NCBI GenBank assembly: GCA_964247055.1
Contig: OZ176057.1
Span: forward strand, 3,968,001 to 4,032,000
DNA from: Paragordius varius
Lineage: Eukaryota; Animalia; Nematomorpha
Direction: 5' to 3'
DNA length: 64,000 bases
Part shown: one piece after another, positions 53,551 to 64,000 of the stretch
Numbering within the stretch: position 1 is the first letter of the stretch
How the letters are laid out: the number at the start of each line of letters is the position of its first letter
Notes under the pieces: model-generated
Databases searched by the model: none
What the model was told of the DNA's origin: nothing
The model's input: only the letters and a program-made list of their open reading frames with translations
Position numbers and translations under genes: made by a program

Positions 53551-54132
53551 CTCTAAAACGTCTGTTTTAAGACAAATAAATATTTTTATCAGGATTTATA
53601 CGGATTGTTGGTTGATATTCCACTGTTTTTTAATCATGTTTTACATAAATTATATACTTTATAATTCCTACTCATGTAAGATTCCAAAATAAATCAGTAT
53701 AAATTTTTTATACACTCATAAACCAGATCAAAAAAAATGGAAAAATAAAAAACAACATTTTTTGGTATTTTGATATATAAGTTATTTTTATTGAATATAA
53801 ATGTTAAGATTTTAATAGTAAGATTAGCTATTAAATAACTAAAATTATTTTATTATAGTGTTATAAATTTTTTTTTGTCTTTTAAGTGTGTTAAAAAAAC
53901 GTCATCTTTTGAGCTGAGATTTATAGAAAACCTAACTATATAATTTTAGGCTATTAAAATATCCCCAATAAAAATAATAAACCATAATATCTCAAATTTT
54001 ATCATTATTTTTTGAATTATTATTAATAAACCTTAATTTTCACCTTTTGCCCCATTTCGATTTTCTATCAATATTTCAAAACTAGGTCGTAAAAAAATAA
54101 AACGGCAAATGAATACTACGCTGGTCATAAGC

Positions 54133-54166
<34 letters not shown>

Positions 54167-55345
54167 GGATTCAGGTTTGGCTTGGGAAGATAACAGATGC
54201 ACCAAATAATCCACATTTTTTATCAATTGCACTAAAACCAATAAATATTCACTAAATTCATTATGCATATATTTTTCGTTATAAAATTTAAATTTGATAT
54301 CTCGATCCTAATTTACCCCATTTTTTAACCAGGTTATTGATACTCCTCTCGGCAGGTTAAAAATAAATCAGGAAGGCATATTCCATGGTACACCTAGGGT
54401 TGTGCCCACTAAGGCAACCTAGAAATAAAATGACCTAGGTCATTTTATAAATCGTACAAAAATTTTTAAAGTATTATTCTAAACCATTTTAAATATGTTT
54501 ATAAAACATAACTGGTTATACAATTACCAAAACTATGGAAATTTTTGTTAATGACAAATTTGTTATTCAATAATTGGCGATTAATCCTCTATGGCGTAAT
54601 TTTCGACCCCTCTTTTTTAGAAACTATATTCTTGATGTGGAAGACAATTATCAATCCTTACTGGTCAACCTTCTTTAAAATATTCACAGAAGCAATTATC
54701 GAGTTAAAGGCTTACTTCTTTGATAACATGTAATATGATACATGGAAGAAATAGGAAAGCTTGTTTGTAAAAAAATAATTAAGTTCCTATTTTGCAAATA
54801 ATTAGCTATGCAAGTGCCTGCACAAATTTTTACTGAATACGCCTCTTTAAATTTAGGGTAAGAGAAAAGCTAGAACTGGCACTAAACGGCAAAACAAATT
54901 TTTAGTAAGAGTATTATTGTTAAAATATTAGTTCATGTTTAAATCTATGACTTTTATGTATTTTTATACTATTTGCCGATAATAAATCGTGAATGTAGGC
55001 TGTTAAAGAGGTACACCTTAAGTGTCCCATCATTTTTTATATTAATAGATATAAATATAAATACACAGACAAAGATTTTATATTTATTAGTTAAAATTTT
55101 ATCTATGGCCTATATTTAACAGAAAAAATAAAAAATTTAATATCTCTGTAAAAAAAGATCTAAAATCTACAACAAAAAACCATTTGAATAGTTAATTTGA
55201 AAATATATTTTGCGATGAGAGAATACTTTTATCGACATTCAAAAGTTTTCAACTATGTTTAATATATTCTGAGTAAGTCATTTCCAAATGATGCTCATAA
55301 ATTTATTAAGTTATTATTAAATAAAAAAAATGTTTCAAAATTATA

Positions 55346-55778
55346 CCATTTACAGTTCAAATTCACCCTTAAACAATTCAAATTCACCCTTAAACAATTC
55401 AAATTCACCCTTAAACAATTCAAATTCACCCTTGAACAATTCAAATTCACCCTTGAACAATTCAAATTCACCCTCAAATAAATAACATGTTTTTTAAGAT
55501 TAAAAATTACCTATATTTTAATATATTTTTAAAAAATAAAATTTTGTTTTAAATTATAATAATACTGAAAAAAATAATTAATTATGCCATAAAGATATAT
55601 TTTATATTAATAATGAGTTATATTAATTCGAAAACACACAATTTATTTTAGGGTGAATTTGAATTGTTTGAGGGTGAATTTGAATTGTTCAAGGGCGAAT
55701 TTGAATTGTTTAAGGGTGAATTTGAATTGTTCAAGGGTGAATTTGAATTGTTTAAGGGTGAATTTGAACTGTAAATGG
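55346..55778. mobile_element. Family C MITE with ~5 x 21-bp units per arm
   Basis: TA|CCATTTACAG ... CTGTAAATGG|TA. Confidence 0.85.
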
Positions 55779-56615
55779 TATATATAAAAGCAAATGAAAT
55801 TGACAGAGAATATCTTGTTAGCTTCAAAATTTTTTATCTTTTGGCTTTTCATCCAGCGGGTCAATCAAACGCCTTGTAGCACTGACATCTGGTAGCTATC
55901 AAATAACATATTTATATATTAATAAGTGAATTCTGGATTTATCCATCAGATATTTTTAAACTTGATTCAACATTTTCCACCTAAAATACATAATGTGCTT
56001 TTGGACCAAAATGTAGTTTTTAATTTTATTTTTGGTGGATGGACAAACAGCTTTAAAATTCAAAAATTCTTCCATATAAAAAACACAAAAAAGTGTTAAA
56101 CAGCAACCGTTTTTTTAAAGATTTATGACAAAATATTTATCATTCATGAAAATGGCTAAAATATTTAAATTAAACACATAATGTAATAAATTTATCTGCT
56201 TGTGTCGCAATAAGGATCGATAAAAAGTAAACCGTTTAAAATGCCTGCCAAATCTATATTAAATTTATCGAGTTTGCAGTAGTTTTAAAGATATATAAAT
56301 GAAATTGAATTAACACTATTAAATATTAATTCATTGTACCAGCTTTTTGACTATAAATTAATCATATGGTTAATTGCACGCTATTTAGGATATATCTTTT
56401 CAAGAAAATTTTAAATTACGATATTTTATTTAATTCTCAATTATTTAAATATTATATTTTTTTAGGAAAATAGGTTAATTTTTTCCCATATATAACAGAT
56501 TACTATGTTTTGTAAATCAAAAAGTTTGGGAAGTATAAAACAAATTAAGAAATTGTTAACATTAACAAATTGATTTTTATGTCTTTAACAAATTACATTA
56601 GGAACTTTATGTTTA

Positions 56616-57000
56616 CAGTGGCCTACCGAGCATTTGGGGCGCCCGGGGCATAAAAATTTTATGCCCCCCCCCCCCTTTTTTTTTAAAGCCAATAAAACAA
56701 CTAAGTAAAAAAATAGAAACGTAACCTAAACACCATAGATAGGACAGTAGAGTCATATAAATTTTAAATCTATTAAATATATATATTTATATGATACTAA
56801 ATTTATTCAATGGTACTAATTAGGTGAATGATAGTGTATATATTATAGGGATTATTACCTAAATTGCTGAAAAATCTTATTTGAAAGTTCTTATTATTTT
56901 TGCATAATTAAAATTTAATTTTAAAAAATCATTTAGGCGCCCCTAAATAACGGCGCCCGGGGCATGATGCACCCCCTGCCCCCCCCCCCCCCCCCCCTCG
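56616..57000. mobile_element. Truncated hAT-like element with GGCGCCCGGGGC motifs and poly-C runs
   Basis: CAGTGGC start; GGCGCCCGGGGCAT repeated at ~56638 and ~56953, each followed by a C-run; the right TIR is missing. Confidence 0.5.
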
Positions 57001-60000
57001 ATGTTTAGCATGTTATTCATTTTGGACTTCTGTAGTTTTAGCCATATTTATTATTAATTTAAAAACATTTTTAAGGAAAATTAACAAAAACAAATGCATA
57101 TAATTAGTTCTTTATTGCCTTTGAACAGTCCAAAAAACTTTTCGGATTTTAAGAGCTCTTTATTTTTTTTCCAAAAATATCAAAATTTTAAAAATTACAT
57201 TTTACCCAATTGGCATATTATGATTTAGAATTCATAAATCCTAATTTTTACTTTGATCGAAAACTTTATAAGGTTTTTTTATCAAAGTACTGCTGAGTGA
57301 TAAATTCGTTTCAAACCCCTATATTTAAAAAATTATTTTCTATAAGGTTATTTTTCAAACGATGATTTTTTTATTTGCTGTAATTGCTTCGGTAATTTTC
57401 AAGAATTTAAATTATCATATTTGACAAAAGGTTTGGTACAATTTTACTAAAGTTACTTAAATAATTTTCTCTCAAAAATATTGAAATGTAAAGTTCATAC
57501 CTTGTTCTTTGGAATTGTATTTCTCCCTAAAATCAATAAAAACAATATAGTATTATAATATATGTTTAAAAATATTACGCTGGCTCATAAGCGCGATGTT
57601 CTGAGAAAAGGTATTTTTTTCCTTAAAGCGACTAACTAAGTCCGCACTTTTGCTAAGGCTAAACGTTATTAATCCCTTAGCTTATGTAAAATTAGGCCTT
57701 CTTAAAAAACATACCATATAAACACATTTTGGTGGTTTGTTTCCTGAATTGAACCCTATTCCCTGTTGAAAGAACCTTCAAAAATCTAAGTCAACAAGTA
57801 TATTCAGTGTCGGAAAGTATAATTTTATAAAATTAAAGTAGATGGCTTATTTCATATAGTTTAAAAGGTCATCCTTTACTTACGCGTCTACAAAATCTCT
57901 ATCGTAAATTTTTTGCAGAACATTTAACCCCTTGCCCAATTTATTTCCTAGCTATATTAATAAACTTTTAACTTATCCTATCATCTGAACTTTATAGTCT
58001 TGGTTTTCAATAAATACCAATTATAAAGAAATTAATATATTAAATTTATGCATTTGAATGAAACAAGATGTTAATTAGCGCTTCTGACGAACGGAAATGT
58101 TTGGAAATATTTAATCTATTCTATATTTAGCACCATTTTTGCAATTTTCAACTTAAAAAAAATATTTCAACCCAATGTTCACATCGTTTGACTAAAACGA
58201 TGCTTGATTAATAGGGCAATAGTTAAGTTACCGTTTACAATCAAACTTTATTAAATTTAAAAAATATAGCATACCTTCTATGAGAATTATAGAAAAGAGT
58301 ATTAATAACACAAATGATATCAAACTATCTTTCATAAATACCAGCATTTTCGAAATTTAAAAAATTATATAATGAAAATATAAAAAATATTTTATAGTTT
58401 GACTATACTCATAATAAATGATGATGAAATTTTGTTAAAATATTTGTTACATTAAAGTATGGTATGAAATAAAGTCCATTCACAATATAAACAAAAAGGA
58501 TTTTATATTAAATTATAGGGAAAATGTTAAATAACGACATTAACTGGCTTTATACTATATGCTAGTGTATATGCACGAATAATGATACATTAATAGATAT
58601 TTTTGCCCCTTAAGCAAGCAATTTTACCAGATGCGAACAAATGTTTTAATATAGGCAACAACTTTTTAGACGTTTTGCGTGCGTCACCCTATTCTGTAAA
58701 TTATAAATGTATGTTTCTTAGAAAATATAATTCAAAAAAATGCCTTTTTTTCTAGTAACAACCAATGTAGTCTGGGTATAATGAAAATTTGTAAAAAAAA
58801 TGGATAAAAGGGGAATTCACAAGTCTGGCCGTATGTATCAAATTTCTCATTTTTATAAATAATACATTAAAATTATTGTTAACAGTCACTGTATTATTTC
58901 AAAACAACTTCAATTAAATTGGCTACAGACATAATAATTATTTGAGCCACTCAAACTGAAATAACCAGTATAAATTAAAATCAGCTAAAACAACAAAATT
59001 AGCTTCTAATTAAACAATTTTTTACCGAGTTACAGACATAATATATAATGGATATAAAAATATAATTTTAAATGATCACTTGTTGGGTCAAATAACTTGT
59101 TCAATTGCAACATTTGAATTGCAAGTCATGTGCTTTAAATTCAATTTAAAGAACAATTAATCAAAATTCCAAATTCATATAGGAGTTGGACATATTGAAT
59201 TTTATATATCTTTAAGTGTTTTTCCTGTTTGCAACTAATTTAAGTATCGTGAAATACCTTTGAACAAAATTTGATAAAAAATTTTAACAAAGTTAAATTA
59301 TATTAATAAAATTTTTGATTATAATCAAGCATATATTGAAAATAATACGCAACATTTTAGGGTGTCTTTTAAAAATACCAGTTCATTTTAAAGGGTGAAT
59401 ATTGATTTGCTTATAAATATTATTGATAATGCACAAAATTTTTTATCTCAAAATTTGGGATTATTGTATATGAAACAATTACCACAAAAGTGAAAAAATT
59501 AATCTTAAATGACGCGTAAGGCGCAAACCACAGCACCATGAGAATAATAATACATTTATCTATTATAATAATATATTTCATGTATTTGCGTACACTGTGT
59601 TATGTCCACGAATTGGCAAATTTTTGATAGGGTGCAAATACCTTAAAAATTTAAACATTTACATTTAATGAATCGTATGTAAAACTAAAAACGTCATAAG
59701 TATCCGAATGTTCTACTGTACAAAAAAATATCCTGATTAAATATATTTCTTATAGGATAATGTATCAGGATTATCATGGTGCTTTTGTTTTTGGTCTTTA
59801 TGGGTGATGACAATGACAATAGCACGGGGTACACCCCTTCGTACAATTGGTGAACCAATTGTCAGAGTACCGTGAGCTATATAAGTATTTGGAAAAAACC
59901 TTTTAAAACTTTTCTAATAAAATTTTTATGATTGCAAATGTTTGTATATATATGTATGTATATAAAATATTATTGTCATTTAATTTTTTACTGTAAGTTA

Positions 60001-60265
60001 GTGTTATAAATTTGCTTATTCGAAAAAAAAGGAAATAAAAAAAAATACCGTACATAACCTGCGCTTTGGAAAGGACATTATTGTTTGATTTTTGGAACAG
60101 AGGTTTGATAATAATTGTTGTTGATATGCGACAATAGTTTTAATTAAATGAAACGTTAACGACAAAAAACAATTATGATTTAACCGAGCAGACGATAACC
60201 CAAATAAAATTTATAAGAATATACGATTAAAAGATTATTAAATATAATTTAGTAGAAACGGGTAC

Positions 60266-60550
60266 TTATCTTTGATTTTCCTGTGGCATAGGTACTGTTC
60301 CCCTAAACAACTGAAGTTTTACGGGTGACTCAACTTTTATTAAAAAAGAATTCATTTCCGAGTATCGAAAAACTTCATCAGGGTAATAAGCCTCTTTGGA
60401 TTGCACTCTTTGCAAATAAGGAATCATCCATATCCCTAAAGTATAAATAAATAATATGTATTTGATGGTTTTGGTGTGTTCTTCTAATATCCAAAAGGCA
60501 GACGATTTCGACCGAATCGCATCATTCTCCTTATGAGTGATATAAGAGAG
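60266..60550 (-). CDS. Unidentified 94-codon stop-to-stop open frame, possible terminal exon
   Basis: ...KSSAFWILEEHTKTIKYILFIYTLGIWMIPYLQRVQSKEAYYPDEVFRYSEMNSF...QENQR*. GC is raised and there is an internal TTTAG acceptor, but no upstream exon was found. Confidence 0.25.
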   Translation of the reverse strand, partial: LSYITHKENDAIRSKSSAFWILEEHTKTIKYILFIYTLGIWMIPYLQRVQSKEAYYPDEVFRYSEMNSFLIKVESPVKLQLFRGTVPMPQENQR

Positions 60551-61611
60551 TTATTTTCACATGTGAAAAGTTTTTCGTAAAAAATGGCCATTGCGTTCAT
60601 TTTGTATAAGAAAAGTTTTTTTTCAAAAAATAAAAAAATCTATATGCAACATATGAAAAGCAATTTTTAAAATTTTAATTTTTAGATGTGGGCTCCGAAA
60701 GCTCCAAATCTTTCTGCTTCTCTAAAATGGGCTAGTTAGCGCAAAATGCCGGAATCGAAGCGATAAAATACGTAAATACTCGCTAAATTTTATATCAACT
60801 CAGAAAATTGTTGAGGTGTAATCGATATTATTTTGAGGCATGATGGAAACGGTAAAAAAGCTTTAAGATATTATTTGAAACATTTTAATTATAATTCGAT
60901 GCTGAACATCACATAAGAAATTTGATTAAGAGGTTCATTTAACACCAAATTTAGGTGAATTTTATAAAATTACATTTTGGCATAAATTTAAAAAAGAACT
61001 AATTTCAACTCTGAAATGTTGTGCATAATAAAAGTATAAAATGTTATTATACCGTTTTCATCATGACTCAAAATAGGTATGAGGTAGGCTTAAATATTTT
61101 GCTAAAAATTAAATTTTTGAACAAGTATACATTTTTTAAAAAATATTTTTAGTTAATATCAAAATTTAGCGTATATTTATGATTTTTATCCCTCAATCTC
61201 GGCATTTTTATGTTAATTAAGAGAACAAGCCATTCAGAAGAGCAAAAGGTTTCCGCAGCATTTCGGAGCTAATCTAACATATTCTAAAAATATTATTACA
61301 TCAGTTTATTATATATTTTAGTAATATTTTTAGGAACCATCTAGCTTTGACTAATGTGACCAAATATTTTGAACTCTGTCGCAGAACAAAACTAAATCAT
61401 ACGTTGCCTATTTTTACACAGGATATCATGTGTCAAATGTTACTCTTATCTGTTTGCACAGCGTAGCGTTTAGCCTCTGAAATGGCTAAGCCTTACATTA
61501 TAATTGTAAAAATATAATGTTGCTTAGGATCCAAATATGTTACACGATTTGAGATTTATAGTTACTTTAATGAGTAGAAAAAGAATTAGCAAATAAATTA
61601 TTTGTTGTGCG

Positions 61612-61643
61612 CTTGCGCGCGTGTGTGTGTGTGTGTGTGTGCG
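61612..61643. repeat. (GC)/(GT)n microsatellite
   Basis: GCGCTTGCGCGC(GT)n. Confidence 0.9.
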
Positions 61644-62555
61644 AATAAATTGATATAAACAGACTATTTAAAAACAAAGAATATATAAATATCAAATATT
61701 TTTTATATGTTTATGTATAAAGTTCAATAAATTAGTTGTTAAGGCCTGTGTAATTGAATTCAGACCGCAAAGTCATTTGTGTTCGACATATCTGCTCTAG
61801 AAGTTAAAAACTGTTAAAAAATTAAGCTTTTTTATTTTACAAGAGCAGAATGTTTGAAAATTGAATATTAATCAAATAATTTTTAAAATTATCTGGGCTT
61901 AAAAATTTTAAGTTTTAGCAATACTTTGTTGAAGTGTGCTTCAAACTATTTCATTTTGTGACATAGTGAAAACGGTAACGCTTTAATATGTTATTAAAAC
62001 ACTTTTTTAATATAATTTGAGGATGTTGAAAATATCAATCAATTGGTATACAATATTAGTTTGCCTTAATTTTTATATTAGTATTGTATTTTATAATAAA
62101 AATTTAAAATAAAGCAATGAACCTTTTAGAAATCTTGGGCATCGAATTACATAAAAATCTTTAAGCGTTTTATACTGTTTCTTTCATGACACATTCTGAA
62201 GTATGCTTTAACATAATTTAATATTATATTTTTGAAAAAAGTACACTTTTTTTAAATTATTTCTAGTTGATTTTAAAATTTAGCATATATTTAAAACTTT
62301 ATCGCGATATCCCACTTTGGCGTTTATGTTAACACTTAAAGATAATGTGACCAGATATTTAAAACCCTGGCGCAGTACAAAATTAAAACACTTTGCCTAT
62401 TTTTTAACCGGATTTTCGGTGTTTTATATTAAATGATATTGTTCTTTACTATTTATAAGCTCATAAGAAACAATTAAAATATCCAACAATAAATTTATTA
62501 AAAATTAAATATAAATGTATGTACATATAATTATATATATGGATATATAATGATA

Positions 62556-63070
62556 CTAGCATTAAGCAGCCCGAAAAAGTCCTTCGGACTGGGGGTGGGG
62601 GGGGGGGCTATTAAAAAAGGGACAATAAAATGATCCACATATGTGGATTATTTCGAAACATTATTTATTAGCTATGATCTCATAGGAATTTCAAAACGGT
62701 GCATTCATACTAATATATTGTTTACTTGGGCGAAAAATAAATTCAAACAATTACTTAAGATTTTTTTTGGAAAAATGACATTTTACGGGAGGAGCGGGTA
62801 AAGCGCAATCGAAAATAAGTAAAAAATCATATTTTAAATTGAATGGTCCATTTTCCAGAAAATTCTCTCAAAGACACGATTTCTGTGGACTTCTGTTTTC
62901 AAAAAAAACCGTTTTTTACACGGGGTAGGCCCGAACTGGGGGCCTAATATAAAAAAAGGGCCAAGTTGACGGGGTATTCATCAATGATTATTTCGACATT
63001 TGGATTTGAATGGATCTACCGGTTTCCCGGAAATAGATCACCAAGCTTTCCATTTTTATAAATATATAGA
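62556..63070 (-). mobile_element. Non-autonomous Helitron, short internally deleted form
   Basis: 3' CTAG|T at 62556 with a CAGTCCGA/TCGGGCTG hairpin; 5' A|TC at 63070. Confidence 0.8.
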
Positions 63071-64000
63071 TTATAAATGGTATGTTTGTTTTAAAAATGA
63101 TAATTGACAAAAACAATATAATTACCAATATATGATAATAAAAATAGAGGGAAACAATATATCTGGTTTTTATAAGATGTTGCGGTGCAGATAAAATCAT
63201 CACACGATCTTATGAAAGTTCTGTTCCTTAGCTTTTTAGAAAATATTACTATTTGACAGCAGGTAAAACTATGCGTTGATGAAGAAAAGATAGGTGAATG
63301 GATAGAAAATTATTCAAATGCCGACTTTGCTACAGTGTAAAATTCAAAAACAATTCAAATAGTTGTGAGTCTATCCAATCAATGGTATATGACGTGACAT
63401 AATTATTAAGAAATAATTACGCTAGACAACAAATTTTAACTTTTTTTAACTGCCATTCTTGTAAATTTAAAATTTATTTCATTAAAGTACATAATTAGTA
63501 TATCTGAAAAGAAAATTGGTCCTGCATGCAAGATTTTTTTTATATTAGAGATTATAGATAATTTTTGACCCCGATTTAACATTAAACTCGAAAGTTCGAA
63601 AATTAAAAGTTTTAGATATGAAGCCATGTATTTTATATCATTCGAAAGAGTGCAAAAAACTGCATCTTTAAAATGGTAGTAAGTCATTTAAATCAATCGG
63701 ATGTAAAAGTTATTTGGATTTAAATGGTCGAAATTCTCAATTCTTAAATAAGTCAAGAATTTTCACAGACAAAGTAATTTGAAAATCATAAATATTATTT
63801 TAATATAATTATTAGGGTTATATAAGTATTTAATTAAAAAAAAATGTTTGAAAAAGCTTTTGGTTTGCTTTTTTAATAAAAATTATTATTATCATAATTA
63901 ATTTACCTACTGGATACTAAAATGCATAGTTATAACTGTAAATTTACTACATAATGGCTATAAAAGATCAAAAAGACCTTAAACTTTGTTTTTATATTTA

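Larger units (their letters stand above)
50746..54132. mobile_element. Foldback element (~0.5-0.6 kb diverged inverted arms) with nested insertions
   Basis: GCTTATGACCAG at 50746 and CTGGTCATAAGC ending at 54132; arms 50746-51238 and 53559-54132 mirror each other throughout. Confidence 0.75.
50244..54193 (+). pseudogene. Pseudogene paralog of the FGLamide precursor, join(50244-50370,54168-54193): MKFFKLFCIPILILLLAHLD*PKEHEEEKNDADSNNMPVKQYRFRFGLGR*
   Basis: Colinear with the 48474 gene, including the 5' flank. In-frame TAA at 50304; donor reads C|ATAATA instead of GT. Acceptor TATATAG| at 54167 is intact; AATAAA at 54240. Confidence 0.8.

Noticed and set aside
59819-59880. Hammerhead ribozyme call
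   Set aside because: Lacks the CUGAnGA, GAAA and NUH core.
63170-63340. RCCG...VP and C...KIGEW.EN fragments reminiscent of a tetraspanin EC2 loop
   Set aside because: The pieces are in different frames with stops and have no TM exons nearby; too weak to support.

Overview
Very AT-rich, intron-rich animal genomic DNA; the taxon cannot be determined from the sequence. I reconstructed the spliced genes by hand. (1) The 5' part of a Pro/His-rich protein gene on the - strand runs off the window start. (2) A Bub1-family checkpoint kinase (+, 6 exons, 14782-24441) has GLEBS and intact kinase motifs, but I found no N-terminal TPR exons. (3) A complete 10-exon mitochondrial dicarboxylate carrier SLC25A10/DIC (-, 26823-41871) converges on it. 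(4) Absent from the ORF track is a two-exon, 48-aa secreted neuropeptide precursor ending in RFNFGL-G-R-stop (allatostatin-A/FGLamide-like; -, 47512-48474). It faces away from an inverted, pseudogenised paralog ending in RFRFGL-G-R-stop (+, 50244-54193). The rest is largely non-autonomous DNA transposons: several TA-flanked MITE families with 21-bp arrays, piggyBac-like TTAA MITEs, hAT MITEs, Helitrons with internal ~160/320-bp arrays, foldback elements (one Harbinger-like, carrying a Myb/SANT exon) and two RTE-like LINE relics. Most ORF-track entries are repeat-derived or random AT-rich frames. Family assignments come from recognising motifs from memory; no database searches were run.
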